A stretch of 64,000 bases of DNA from IMG/VR virus record IMGVR_UViG_3300044731_001157; one strand, given 5' to 3'. The translations under genes were made by a program, and so were the position numbers. Below the pieces are notes generated by a model that worked only from the letters and a program-made list of their open reading frames with translations, did no database searches and had not been told where the DNA came from. Below are positions 10,155-19,974 of this stretch, in pieces (position 1 is the stretch's first letter; each line of letters opens with the position of its first letter). Origin of the DNA: an uncultured virus (IMG/VR IMGVR_UViG_3300044731_001157) (lineage: Duplodnaviria > Heunggongvirae > Uroviricota > Caudoviricetes).

Positions 10155-10356
10155 TGCAAAAGCAGTAACTTTTGATGTTTTGAAAGAAATGGCTGAATAT
10201 TTATTCAGACACCAAAACCAAAAGAAATATCATGAAATACAAACCAAAGTAGCTGATTTTTTAGTTACCAACGGAGAAAAAAAGTTTTTAGAAGTTTATA
10301 ACGAAATTCAAAAAACTAAAGATTACATAAAAGCATTAGACACCTTTAAAATTTAA
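10144..10356 (+). CDS. Hypothetical protein
   Basis: Packed ORF. Confidence 0.55.
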   Translation: MDYNAKAVTFDVLKEMAEYLFRHQNQKKYHEIQTKVADFLVTNGEKKFLEVYNEIQKTKDYIKALDTFKI

Positions 10357-10360
10357 TAAT

Positions 10361-10588
10361 ATGCCGATAATAGAAAAAAAAGTAACAAAGCTGTATCAGA
10401 TATTAGCTAAACGTGGAATGTCGCAAAAAGACTTATACGAACTTATCATAAAAGAAAATAATGGGAATAAAGTTTCTATGTATATCTTGAATGAAATGGT
10501 TAATGGTAAAAGAACCAACTATCACATTAATACAGCGATATTAATTGCAAACGCATTAGATGTTTCAATTGACGATATAGTGGATTAA
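10361..10588 (+). CDS. XRE/Cro-family HTH regulator
   Basis: RGMSQKDL...IANALDVSIDDI. Confidence 0.8.
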   Translation: MPIIEKKVTKLYQILAKRGMSQKDLYELIIKENNGNKVSMYILNEMVNGKRTNYHINTAILIANALDVSIDDIVD

Positions 10589-10590
10589 TT

Positions 10591-11226
10591 ATGGAGTTTG
10601 TCAGTTTTTTAAAAATATTATTTAAAAAAGGTAAAATATACTATGATGTATGGTTGCCAATTTTATTTGAATTAGAAGAAAAAAACGAAGCTATTGTAAG
10701 TAGAAGATTAAATATTTCTAAAACCCAGTATTACAGAATTATTTCATTTGGACTAAAAACGTGGGAAGATAAAATACCAAACATACCAATTCAATTAAAG
10801 TCAGGTAGGTTGTCAATTTATCAAGAAAAAGTAATTTCTTTAAAAAAGGTAGTAAAACCAAAAAAAGAAAAAGAAACCAAAAAAGCTGAATCTGAAATTA
10901 ATATGAATGAGGTTTATGAAAGCATAATATCTTATCTAAATCAAAAAGCAGGAACAGGGTATAAATCAGAAACTAACTCTTATAGAACTTTCATTAACGC
11001 AAGATTAAAGTCTGGATATAAGATTGAAGATTTTTATAAAGTTATTGATAATAAATCTAATGAGTGGATGGGAACTGATTTTCAGAAATTTTTAAGACCA
11101 GAAACTTTATTCGGAAATAAATTCGATAGTTATTTGAATCAAAACGTAACAAAAAAAACAAACCAAGAAATAGCTTATGAACAAGTTAGTGAAGCAACAA
11201 AACTCGGTTGGGGTACAAGTAGTTAA
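10591..11226 (+). CDS. Phage replication initiator-like protein (Phg_2220_C-like C-terminus)
   Basis: IISYLNQKAG...FLRPETLFGNKFDSYLNQ. Confidence 0.8.
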   Translation: MEFVSFLKILFKKGKIYYDVWLPILFELEEKNEAIVSRRLNISKTQYYRIISFGLKTWEDKIPNIPIQLKSGRLSIYQEKVISLKKVVKPKKEKETKKAESEINMNEVYESIISYLNQKAGTGYKSETNSYRTFINARLKSGYKIEDFYKVIDNKSNEWMGTDFQKFLRPETLFGNKFDSYLNQNVTKKTNQEIAYEQVSEATKLGWGTSS

Positions 11227-12010
11227 TCCTACTCAAATTAAAAACGTTAGCTCAACTCAAGTAGGTATATACAACGCAAGTTTAGTTAATAAAAAATTTA
11301 AAGAATATTCAACAGAAAAAGACTTATTGTTGATGAACGCTTTAATAACTAAATGGGCAAAATATTCTGGAGCAAAACAACCAGAAGCAATAGACCTAAA
11401 TACGATAGCAAACTACATTAAAGAGAGTTTTCCAAATTTTAATGATGTTGATATTAAAGAAATGATTACTTTATTGGTAAACGGAAGATTAGAAACAGAT
11501 GCCGAGCATTACGGAAATTTAAGCGTTATTTATTGCTCGAAAGTCCTTCACGCTTACCAAGATTATAAGTTTAAGGTTTTATTCAAAGTTCGTGAAGAAT
11601 TGCAAAAAATTGAAAACGAAAAACCAAAGCCAATAGACAAAAAAGAAAGGTTTGAAAACTTTAAAAAACTATTGTATCACGCTAAAGAAACCATAAGCAA
11701 AGAAACCTATATAGATACTGGAGATGTGCTTTATTCTTTTATTCGATATAACAAACTAATTAAAATACCTAAAGAAATGTCAGATGAAGCAATTGATTAT
11801 GGTAAAAAGAGGTTTTCAGACGAAAAAAAGAAAAAATACATGGAAGCTACTATTAAGCACCATAGTTATAAAACCCTTTCTGATTTAAACTTTGAAGAAG
11901 AAGATAAAATTAAAAAGTACGCAAGGGAATATGTTATTAATATTTGGCTAAAACAAGTTGATATTAAGGAAGTTGTTGAAAAATTAAAATACGAAATGAT
12001 TGATTATTAA
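11177..12010 (+). CDS. Hypothetical protein, possible replication accessory/loader
   Basis: Position directly after initiator; no catalytic motif recognised. Confidence 0.6.
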   Translation: MNKLVKQQNSVGVQVVNPTQIKNVSSTQVGIYNASLVNKKFKEYSTEKDLLLMNALITKWAKYSGAKQPEAIDLNTIANYIKESFPNFNDVDIKEMITLLVNGRLETDAEHYGNLSVIYCSKVLHAYQDYKFKVLFKVREELQKIENEKPKPIDKKERFENFKKLLYHAKETISKETYIDTGDVLYSFIRYNKLIKIPKEMSDEAIDYGKKRFSDEKKKKYMEATIKHHSYKTLSDLNFEEEDKIKKYAREYVINIWLKQVDIKEVVEKLKYEMIDY

Positions 12011-12051
12011 ATAAAATATTTTATATTTGAAATGATAAACTATATTATATT

Positions 12052-12354
12052 ATGGTAGAAACTGGAAAAGTAATAAGTATAATAAAATCTAACGATTGGA
12101 CTACTCAAGTTGTTATTCGTAAAAAATGGAATAACGCTTACTTACCTATTTGTTTTTCCGCTTATGATGAACCTAAAAGACTTATTAATCAAATTGGATT
12201 AGAGGTTGGCGATTCAGTCAAAATAAATTATCATTTGTACTCAAAAAAATTTAAAGACAAATATTATACAACAGCTCAAATTGACTTAATTAAAATAACA
12301 GAAAAGAAAAGTCCGCAGTTAATAGTAGATTTGGAAACTGGCGAAATATTGTAA
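12052..12354 (+). CDS. OB-fold ssDNA-binding-like protein
   Basis: LEVGDSVKINY.L.SKKF.DKYYT; acidic tail DLETGEIL. Confidence 0.55.
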   Translation: MVETGKVISIIKSNDWTTQVVIRKKWNNAYLPICFSAYDEPKRLINQIGLEVGDSVKINYHLYSKKFKDKYYTTAQIDLIKITEKKSPQLIVDLETGEIL

Positions 12355-12373
12355 AACCAAAAAAACACAAACC

Positions 12374-12787
12374 ATGAAAAACTTAAATTTAGGCTCATAC
12401 CAAGAGCAGTACGAATTGAATAAGCTACAAATGATTAAGAGCAAAAAAGGTAGGATTGTATCTTTGCAGTTATTAGAAGATTTGTCAAAAAAAGATTCAA
12501 TTGTAGATGTAAATATTAACGTTGTTTTCAATCCAAAAATATGCTTACAAAAACACCTTTTTAATCAAGGATTTTTACTTCCTTACAAGTTTTCTAAACA
12601 ATTAGAAAAGGCAAAATTCACTTTATTTTTATTAAGAGAAAACGACCATATTTCAAAAAAAGATTATAGAATTTCCATTTTTCAATTAAATGAAAGCATA
12701 AATCAAGAAATTAGTAAAATATTAGAAAAAAATAGTCCTAATGATTGGGAACTTTCTGATGTTACAATAAGTAAATCTAAAAAATAA
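12374..12787 (+). CDS. Hypothetical protein
   Basis: Packed ORF. Confidence 0.5.
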   Translation: MKNLNLGSYQEQYELNKLQMIKSKKGRIVSLQLLEDLSKKDSIVDVNINVVFNPKICLQKHLFNQGFLLPYKFSKQLEKAKFTLFLLRENDHISKKDYRISIFQLNESINQEISKILEKNSPNDWELSDVTISKSKK

Positions 12788-12996
12788 TGAGTTTGTTGTT
12801 TGATGCCTTTAAATTTTTAAAAGGCGATTCTACTGGAAAAGTTTCTGAAGAAAAAAAACTACAAAGACTTGATATTTGTAAAAAATGTCCTTACAAGATA
12901 ACAACTGTTAATTTTGAAATATGTGATTTTTGCGGTTGTGTTGTTGAAGAAAAAACAAAATATAAAGACGAAAAATGTCCAATAAATAAATGGTAA
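12787..12996 (+). CDS. Small Cys-rich protein (DUF6171-like)
   Basis: RLDICKKCP...CDFCGC...KCPINKW. Confidence 0.7.
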   Translation: MSLLFDAFKFLKGDSTGKVSEEKKLQRLDICKKCPYKITTVNFEICDFCGCVVEEKTKYKDEKCPINKW

Positions 12997-13634
12997 TGGA
13001 AAAAGAAATTAAATTAGTGGTAGTAATACCAACAATAAATAGAGCCGACCTTCTTAACGATGCTTTGGCTAAATACTTTGAGGATTTTAAAAACACGCAT
13101 ATTGCAATTTGCGACAACGGAAAACAAGATATTATAACTCGTGAAGAAAATTTTATGATTTATAGACCAGAACAAAACTTGGGAGTTGCAGGTAGTTGGA
13201 ATATGTTAATAGATTATTCAGATAAAATAGGTGCTACTCATGTACTTGTTTTAAACGATGATATTTATTTAGGCAGAACGGAACACGAAGTAAAAATGAT
13301 TATAAGAAATAATCCAGATTTTGACTTTATTAATTCTTTTCAAAATTGGTGCAGTTTTATTTTAAAAATAGATATGTGGAAAAAAGTAGATGGTTTTGAT
13401 ACAGAGTTTTTCCCAGCCTATTATGAAGATAATAGTTTCGATTATAAAATGACTTTAGCAAAAGCAAATAAAACTTGGACTTCATTTTTAGACCCAATTT
13501 TGTATCGTAACTCTATGACTATTGCCAAAGAACCTGCACTAAATTCAAGATTTATGCAAAATAGACAAATGTATATTGATATGTGGGGTGGACTTCCTAC
13601 TGAAGAAAAATTTACAACTAAATTTAATAAGTAA
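12996..13634 (+). CDS. GT2-family glycosyltransferase
   Basis: VVIPT, DNG, NLGVAGSWN, LNDD, GFD..FFPAYYED. Confidence 0.85.
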   Translation: MEKEIKLVVVIPTINRADLLNDALAKYFEDFKNTHIAICDNGKQDIITREENFMIYRPEQNLGVAGSWNMLIDYSDKIGATHVLVLNDDIYLGRTEHEVKMIIRNNPDFDFINSFQNWCSFILKIDMWKKVDGFDTEFFPAYYEDNSFDYKMTLAKANKTWTSFLDPILYRNSMTIAKEPALNSRFMQNRQMYIDMWGGLPTEEKFTTKFNK

Positions 13635-13731
13635 AATGAAATACAATAAACAAGATATTATAAACGAAATAATTGCATGGTTAATGCTTGTTTTACTTAT
13701 ATTAACATTAATCCATTTAATATAAATCGAT

Positions 13732-14448
13732 ATGAACGACTTGACACCATTTCAAAAACAATACTACACCACAACTACTGAAATAGGTAAAAATCCATCA
13801 AAAAGGTTTTTGCAAATTATAAACGATAACGATATACATCCAACAGCTATAATTGGTAATAACGTTAAAATAGGAAAAGGCAATAAAATTGGTGCTTATG
13901 TGGTAATTCAAGGTAAAACATTCATTGGTAATAATAATGTGTTTGAGCCTTTTTGCTCTATTGGTAATGAGCCAGAGCATAGAGAATTTTTTGGTAAAAA
14001 AAACAAAGGAACTTACATTGGCAATAACAATGTTTTTCGTGAATATGTAACCATTAATGCAGGTTGTTATCAGCCTACAATTTTAGGAGATAATATCACA
14101 ATGTTAAGAGGTTCTCACATTGGTCATGATAGCAACATACACGATAACTGTACCATTAGTTGCAATGTGCTTATTGGCGGTCATTCTTTGCTTGGAAAAG
14201 GAGTAAATATGGGATTAGGTAGTATTTGCCACCAATACTCTAAAATAGGCTCTTATGCCATGATAGGTATGGGTACAATAGTTACTAAAAAAGTTAGTCC
14301 GCAATGTTTTGGAACTTATGTAGGAAGTCCAGCTAAATACATAAAAGAAAACGATTATCAAAAATTAAAATGGAGTTACGAAATGGTATTGGATATTTGT
14401 GCGGAATTTGATAAAATGGTTGAAGGTTACGATGGAAGAACAGTTTAA
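13732..14448 (+). CDS. LpxA-like hexapeptide-repeat acyltransferase
   Basis: IHPTAII, left-handed beta-helix repeats, FREYVTIN.G, HIGHD, HQY. Confidence 0.8.
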   Translation: MNDLTPFQKQYYTTTTEIGKNPSKRFLQIINDNDIHPTAIIGNNVKIGKGNKIGAYVVIQGKTFIGNNNVFEPFCSIGNEPEHREFFGKKNKGTYIGNNNVFREYVTINAGCYQPTILGDNITMLRGSHIGHDSNIHDNCTISCNVLIGGHSLLGKGVNMGLGSICHQYSKIGSYAMIGMGTIVTKKVSPQCFGTYVGSPAKYIKENDYQKLKWSYEMVLDICAEFDKMVEGYDGRTV

Positions 14449-14743
14449 AAAATGCAGTTTTTGTAAATGTCAATTCAAAGAAACTTCATTAAAAGAATTT
14501 CGTAAAAATGATTATTTAAGTCTTGGGTCAATTTTTGTCTGTAAGGTTTGTGAGAGAAAGGTTGACATAAAAGAATATCAGTCAAGGTCAACGGATAATT
14601 ATGTTGTAAATTCATTGAGGTATAAAAACAAAATCAACTATGGAATAGATTCAACAGATGAAATGTTAGAAATTCAACTATTGAACATTAAATTGAAAAG
14701 GGAGCTAAAAAATGATTCAACAACTAAAAGAGCTGATAGGTAG
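14432..14743 (+). CDS. Zn-finger hypothetical protein
   Basis: CSFC...CKVC. Confidence 0.55.
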   Translation: MEEQFKKCSFCKCQFKETSLKEFRKNDYLSLGSIFVCKVCERKVDIKEYQSRSTDNYVVNSLRYKNKINYGIDSTDEMLEIQLLNIKLKRELKNDSTTKRADR

Positions 14744-15176
14744 AAAATTTTCTTATAAGGATAAGGAAATATTAATCAAAAATACCAAAAGGGTTAGTGG
14801 GGTTTATGTCATATTAACTGATAAGAAAACATACAACTTCTTTGAAAGCGAAATACCTTTTTTCTTAAAAGAAATAGTTGAAATTCCCAGAGTAAAATTG
14901 AAAGATGGGGTTTTAGAAAAAAGACAACTTGAATTAAAAAATGTATCAATACAAGGAAAAAAACACGAACTCAACACCAATAAAATGGAGAATAACGAAA
15001 AAAATATTGTACCAATACAAGAAGCTAACTTAAATGTTAGAAATGTATTAATGGAAACACTTGATAAAGTAAGAACCGACAAATCATACATTCCTCAAGC
15101 TAATGCTATTTGCAATGTAGTGGCTCAAATGATTAATATTCAAAAATTAGAATTATCAATCAAAAATAAAAAGTAA
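14712..15176 (+). CDS. Hypothetical protein
   Basis: Packed ORF. Confidence 0.6.
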   Translation: MIQQLKELIGRKFSYKDKEILIKNTKRVSGVYVILTDKKTYNFFESEIPFFLKEIVEIPRVKLKDGVLEKRQLELKNVSIQGKKHELNTNKMENNEKNIVPIQEANLNVRNVLMETLDKVRTDKSYIPQANAICNVVAQMINIQKLELSIKNKK

Positions 15177-15254
15177 TGACAGAAGATTTAATCCCATACT
15201 ACAAATGGGTTTACGGAAAATTTGTATTAGTAGGATATATTAAAAAGTAGCACT

Positions 15255-15431
15255 ATGACAGTAAAAGAAAGGTTTAAGAAGTTAATTTGTAAAAATTTTA
15301 CAATAAATCAATTAGAAAACATAGCAGACGATTACGCTATTGAGTTTGCTTTTTGGCTACTTACTGAAAAAGATGAAACAAAAACATTAAGAGAAATGTT
15401 AGAAAAATTCAAAAATGAAAAAGGGTTATGA
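15255..15431 (+). CDS. Small hypothetical protein (58 aa, not in ORF track)
   Basis: MTVKERF...IADDYAIEFAFWL...EKGL; ATGA-coupled to next gene. Confidence 0.55.
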   Translation: MTVKERFKKLICKNFTINQLENIADDYAIEFAFWLLTEKDETKTLREMLEKFKNEKGL

Positions 15432-15694
15432 AAAAAGGGAAACTTGAATTATTAACACCAAAAGAAAAAGCACATGAATTAGTAGATTTGTTTTTTATGC
15501 CACTACCACTAACTTGTCAAGTTTTAACAGAAGTTAATGGTACTTCTTTTGAATATGATGATTGGGAAGTAGCAAAAAAATGTGCTTTAATTTCAGTTGA
15601 TGAAATAATAAAATATTCTCCAAATAAACCAATTGAAGAATATGATACAAAAGAATATTTTAAAAAAGTTAAAAAAGAAATAAGAAAACTATGA
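15428..15694 (+). CDS. Hypothetical protein, paralogue of 8272..8502
   Basis: TPKEKAHEL, AKKCALISVDEI. Confidence 0.7.
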   Translation: MKKGKLELLTPKEKAHELVDLFFMPLPLTCQVLTEVNGTSFEYDDWEVAKKCALISVDEIIKYSPNKPIEEYDTKEYFKKVKKEIRKL

Positions 15695-16317
15695 GATTAA
15701 CTGTTTCAATGCCTTGCTTCGGGAGAAGAAAAGGAACTATAAGAGCAATTGAATGTATTGCTAACCAAACAGCTAACGACTGGGAAGCACTTGTAATTGG
15801 AGATGGTTGCCCTATAATGCAAGATTTTGTAGATAGCAACTACTTTGCTGATATTGTAAAAGATTGTAACGCAAAAGGAAACCAATTGATAATAAAAAAC
15901 AATAAAGAAAATCGTGGCGGTCATGGTTACTTCATTACTAATGAAAACATAAAACTTGCCAGAGGTAAATACTTTACTTTTTTTGCCAACGATGATATTA
16001 TTTTGCCAAATCATTTTGAGAACTATTTGTCCGCTATTGAAAATACTAATTATGATTTTATGTACTTCGATAGCTATGTAGCACCAAGACGAGCAAATAG
16101 AATAGCACAATTGCAATATGGAATGATTGGACATAGTGAATTAATGATTAGAACGGAGTTCCTAAAAACAATGCCGATTCATGATTGCGAATATAGCCAC
16201 GATTGGAGATTAATTGAAGCAATGGCTAAATTTGGAATACACGCCAAAGCAATTAACCACCCACCAACTTATCATGTTATGAGTTTATCTGATAATAGAG
16301 AGCAGGGAATTGATTAA
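15691..16317 (+). CDS. GT2-family glycosyltransferase
   Basis: TVSMPCF, WEALVIGDG, ARGKYFTFFANDDII. Confidence 0.85.
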   Translation: MRLTVSMPCFGRRKGTIRAIECIANQTANDWEALVIGDGCPIMQDFVDSNYFADIVKDCNAKGNQLIIKNNKENRGGHGYFITNENIKLARGKYFTFFANDDIILPNHFENYLSAIENTNYDFMYFDSYVAPRRANRIAQLQYGMIGHSELMIRTEFLKTMPIHDCEYSHDWRLIEAMAKFGIHAKAINHPPTYHVMSLSDNREQGID

Positions 16318-16324
16318 TTTTTGT

Positions 16325-16439
16325 TATATTTGTACTAACATTATCTATGGTGGAATAATGTATATCAGAAAATATAAATTTAAAAGCATTTAAGAGTAGT
16401 AAATCCACCATTTTACGAAATTAGGTGCTTTTTATTATT
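16325..16439 (+). promoter_or_regulatory. Promoter plus two-hairpin kissing-loop leader RNA upstream of HNH gene
   Basis: TATATTTG; hairpin acattat/ataatgt with loop atggtgga; hairpin aaaagcatttaa/ttaggtgctttt with loop tccaccat; followed by U-rich tract. Confidence 0.65.
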
Positions 16440-16961
16440 ATGGAAATTTACAAAAATACTTCTATTGAAAATTTAGAAAACGAAATTTGGATAAAAACAC
16501 ACGAATACGACTACGATTATTATTTTAGTAGTATGGGAAGAATTAAGTTAGCAGATAAAATTGTAAAACAATATTTAGACAAGGATTCATATTGTTTGTG
16601 TAATTTAAAAACAAATGGAAAAATGAAGCTTTTTAGAGTTCATAGAATAATAGCTAAATATTATGTTGAAAACAAAGATAAAAAACCGCAAATTAACCAT
16701 ATAAATTCAAATCCAAAAGACAATAGGATTGAAAATTTAGAATGGGTTTCTCATTCTGAAAATAACATACATAAGTTTTTAAATAAAAACAAAAGTAGTA
16801 TATATGTTGGTGTAACTTATTGTAAGAAGCATAAAAAATGGTTGGGACAGATACAAATAAACAAAAAAAAGATTCATACTGGATATTTCAATACTGAATT
16901 AGAAGCACACGAAAGTTATTTAGAGTATAAAAGGCTAAACAACATAAATAGCAAATATTAA
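16440..16961 (+). CDS. NUMOD4-HNH-AP2 homing endonuclease
   Basis: EIW...SSMGRI, VHRIIA, INHINSNPKDNRIENLEW, SSIYVGV...GYF.TE.EA. Confidence 0.9.
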   Translation: MEIYKNTSIENLENEIWIKTHEYDYDYYFSSMGRIKLADKIVKQYLDKDSYCLCNLKTNGKMKLFRVHRIIAKYYVENKDKKPQINHINSNPKDNRIENLEWVSHSENNIHKFLNKNKSSIYVGVTYCKKHKKWLGQIQINKKKIHTGYFNTELEAHESYLEYKRLNNINSKY

Positions 16962-16995
16962 ATAAAATAAACATTATTTAATATAATAAAATATA

Positions 16996-17054
16996 TTTAA
17001 TATAATATTTTGTATTTAAAATAATATTTTATACTTTTGACTTGAACTTTAAAA
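16996..17054 (+). promoter_or_regulatory. 59-bp promoter cassette, near-identical to 4450..4508
   Basis: TTTG...TACTTTTG then ACTTGAACTTTAAAA. Confidence 0.8.
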
Positions 17055-17063
17055 TATATAACG

Positions 17064-17693
17064 ATGTTAATAACAGAAACACAAACAGTAAAGCAGTTTT
17101 CAGACGAAAGCGAATTTGAATCTACACTTTCTTTTTCATTAGAAAAATCAGATGTAGAGGATTGGGTTGTTGTGGAAAACGATGCTCAAGAATTATCATT
17201 ATCATTAGCTAATTGGGAAAAATTAGTTGAAATGGGAAATAAAGTAATATCTAATCAAAAACAAAAATCTTTTGAAAATGCTAAACATTTTTTTATTAAT
17301 AAAATAGATAAAGCTATTGAAAATTCTAAACAAGAATGTGAATGTACAGATGAATGTTTAGGATATTTAACAAAAACTTGTAAAAACATTTCTGAACCTA
17401 AAAAAGAAACACTTGAAGAAGTTATTAATAACGAAATAAATAATATTCATATTAATTCTTCAAATCTTGAAAATATTGCTAAATACAATAGAATAAGCGG
17501 AACATTATTTTCAGAATTAAAAAAGTGTATGATAAATATTGCTAAATGGCAACAAGAACAAGACAAGAAATTGTATAGTGAAGTAGATATTATTGAAATT
17601 TTAATGGAATATGATTATTCAGTAGTAAATGAAGGTAAATTAAATAGCGTTGGAAATATAAATAAATGGTTTGAACAATTTAAAAACAAATAA
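17064..17693 (+). CDS. Mosaic hypothetical protein
   Basis: Shares CECTDECLGYLTK.CK with 2909 and C-terminus with 3708. Confidence 0.7.
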   Translation: MLITETQTVKQFSDESEFESTLSFSLEKSDVEDWVVVENDAQELSLSLANWEKLVEMGNKVISNQKQKSFENAKHFFINKIDKAIENSKQECECTDECLGYLTKTCKNISEPKKETLEEVINNEINNIHINSSNLENIAKYNRISGTLFSELKKCMINIAKWQQEQDKKLYSEVDIIEILMEYDYSVVNEGKLNSVGNINKWFEQFKNK

Positions 17694-17882
17694 GATATGG
17701 AAAAAGGAATGATTTTCGACTTGTACCAAGATGGGCAATCGACAAAAAGAGTGATGGCAATAAATGAAACAGATGTTATTGTGTTAGAAGACCAAACTTT
17801 TATTTTTGATATAGATTTTGAAAATGAAGTAGAAGAAATCTTAATTGATGATGTATTTAATTAATTTAAAAAGAAATAAGTT

Positions 17883-18731
17883 ATGAAAAACATACACATA
17901 TTACCAACAGACAAACCAAGTAGGTTAATTAAAAGTCAAGATAATGACTTTGTGTATTTAAACACAAACGCACCTAATTGGTTTGAAAATAATTTAAAAA
18001 CCATAAAACAAAACATCTACATCACTAATTCAGAAGAAATTAAAGAAGAAACTTATTTTTTAGAGCCAATAAATAATTCTGTATTAAAACTAAAAGACAA
18101 TTCTGACAAACTTATAAAATCTATTTTTCCTACTTGTAAAAAAATTATTATAACAACAGACCAAGACTTAATCAAAGATGGTGTTCAAGCTATTGAAGAT
18201 GAGTTCCTTGAATGGTTTATTAAAAATCCAAGTTGTGAGGAAGTTGAAGTTGTTCCATATTTAGAAAGTATTACTGACCCTATTACAAATGAAGATTATC
18301 CAATAGTTCAATATAGACATTTTGATTTGAATAAAATGATTTGTAAGTACAAATACAAGATAATAATTCCAATAACATCTCAACAAATCATTGACGAAGA
18401 TTTTGCAGGTGGTTTAGATATGGGTCAAATTTCTGCAAAACAAGAATCTAAACAAGATAGGACTTGTAGTAATAATTGTTCTACCATTTGTGGAGAATGT
18501 CAAATATTTGAATTTAGACCAATATCAGGGTTAGAATGGTTATTAGGTTATATTGAAGAACTAAATAAAAAAGGTTATAAGTTTATCCCAAGTTCTAAAA
18601 AAGAAATAGTTGAACACGTTACACAAATGGAAAAAGATAATATGATTAACTTTTTAAAGTCAGTTTTTCAGCAAGATAATTTTAACTATGAAAAAGCTTA
18701 TAACGAATTTATAAATAAAAAACGAGTATGA
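17883..18731 (+). CDS. Hypothetical protein (MKNIHILPT family)
   Basis: NIYITN.EEIKE, TTD.DLIKDGVQAI.DEF.EWF.KNPSC shared with 2909. Confidence 0.75.
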   Translation: MKNIHILPTDKPSRLIKSQDNDFVYLNTNAPNWFENNLKTIKQNIYITNSEEIKEETYFLEPINNSVLKLKDNSDKLIKSIFPTCKKIIITTDQDLIKDGVQAIEDEFLEWFIKNPSCEEVEVVPYLESITDPITNEDYPIVQYRHFDLNKMICKYKYKIIIPITSQQIIDEDFAGGLDMGQISAKQESKQDRTCSNNCSTICGECQIFEFRPISGLEWLLGYIEELNKKGYKFIPSSKKEIVEHVTQMEKDNMINFLKSVFQQDNFNYEKAYNEFINKKRV

Positions 18732-19195
18732 AACTAATAAAAATGACAGATTATATTTCACAAAAAAGAGATATAATGGACAGAGAAATGAGTAACCAAG
18801 ACAGGTTAACTATTTTAGAATCAATATTACATTATTCTAACTTTTTAAAAACACCTTTAAATTTAGGTATGTTCATTCCTTGTGATGAAAAGTTTAATAT
18901 TTTAAAACAGCCTAATCATTATAGAAGATATGTATCAAAGGATTATTTGACTGAAAATCATAAAATGTCAGAAAAATGGGTTGAAAAATGTGAAGAATAC
19001 AAGAAAGCTGAAAGTAAGATTTTATTTAAAGACTTTTATTTATTCATAGACAAGGAAGATAACTTTGAAAAGTATGTTGCTAATGAGGGTTTTGTTTTAT
19101 CAATTGAATCATTATATACAATGAAAGTTGAAGATATTTCTGATAACAATATTGAACTTACAAGTTTTGGTATTAATGCAATTAAACAATTATAA
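18728..19195 (+). CDS. Hypothetical protein, paralogue of 2245..2673
   Basis: Shared motifs. Confidence 0.7.
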   Translation: MKLIKMTDYISQKRDIMDREMSNQDRLTILESILHYSNFLKTPLNLGMFIPCDEKFNILKQPNHYRRYVSKDYLTENHKMSEKWVEKCEEYKKAESKILFKDFYLFIDKEDNFEKYVANEGFVLSIESLYTMKVEDISDNNIELTSFGINAIKQL

Positions 19196-19197
19196 AA

Positions 19198-19563
19198 ATG
19201 AAAAATAGTAAAATACATTTAGGTTTTGAAAAATCAGAATTAAGAGATTTTTTTGCAGTATCATTAGTTAGAAATTTAGAAAAATTAATAACTAATGAAA
19301 GAGAAGAAGTTTTTAAAGATAATAAATATGTAAAAAATGGTTTAGACGTTCAAATTACTTATGCAGAAAATGAAATAAAATATCAAAAAAAAAATATTGA
19401 AATATTAAATGAAAAAAAATCTCTTTTGTTATTAATGGAAAATATGGATTGGAGTGAATTTGATGTTTCAGATGAAACTGAAAGAGATTTTGATTCTCCT
19501 TATTGGTTATCTTTTGTTGGTACTGAAAAAGAGTATGAAATTTTTTTAAGTTCTTTAAGTTAA
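19198..19563 (+). CDS. Hypothetical protein followed by attC-like site
   Basis: Stop 4 nt before gctactaac. Confidence 0.65.
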   Translation: MKNSKIHLGFEKSELRDFFAVSLVRNLEKLITNEREEVFKDNKYVKNGLDVQITYAENEIKYQKKNIEILNEKKSLLLLMENMDWSEFDVSDETERDFDSPYWLSFVGTEKEYEIFLSSLS

Positions 19564-19569
19564 CATAGC

Positions 19570-19702
19570 TACTAACGTTTGGTGCTTGTGTTCAGTAGCG
19601 TGCAAGTAAGCGAGTAGTTTCGGTTTAAAAACTATAATAACTGAGAAGCTAAATCATTAAATTAAAAACTAATAAAGCCATTGCTACAAACTACTGTTAT
19701 AA
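19570..19702 (+). mobile_element. Degenerate attC-like recombination site
   Basis: tactaac-gtttggtg ... actact-gttataa; same TAAC-GTTTGGTG...ACT-GTTAT frame as next site, arms imperfect. Confidence 0.55.
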
Positions 19703-19731
19703 GGAGTGGCGGTATTTTAAACTAAATTATT

Positions 19732-19956
19732 ATGAATTATTTACAATTAGCAAAAGAACAATTTTTAAATCTAAAAGAAGAAATGTTAGATTTAGACAGA
19801 AAATATTTAGGTTCAGAGGACGAAACTAATTATGAAGTTGATGGGATTAAATTTACAATTAAAGTAGAAGGTTTTTGGGAAAAAGCTACTTTCTTTGATT
19901 ATGTGGTTAAAGATGAATTTGGCAAAGAGTTGGAAAAAGGATATTATTGTTTTTAA
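19732..19956 (+). CDS. Hypothetical protein carried as integron-like gene cassette
   Basis: Flanked by gttataaggagtggc and gccatttcttataac, 13/15 reverse-complementary. Confidence 0.7.
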   Translation: MNYLQLAKEQFLNLKEEMLDLDRKYLGSEDETNYEVDGIKFTIKVEGFWEKATFFDYVVKDEFGKELEKGYYCF

Positions 19957-19974
19957 ATATTTAGTAGCCATTTC

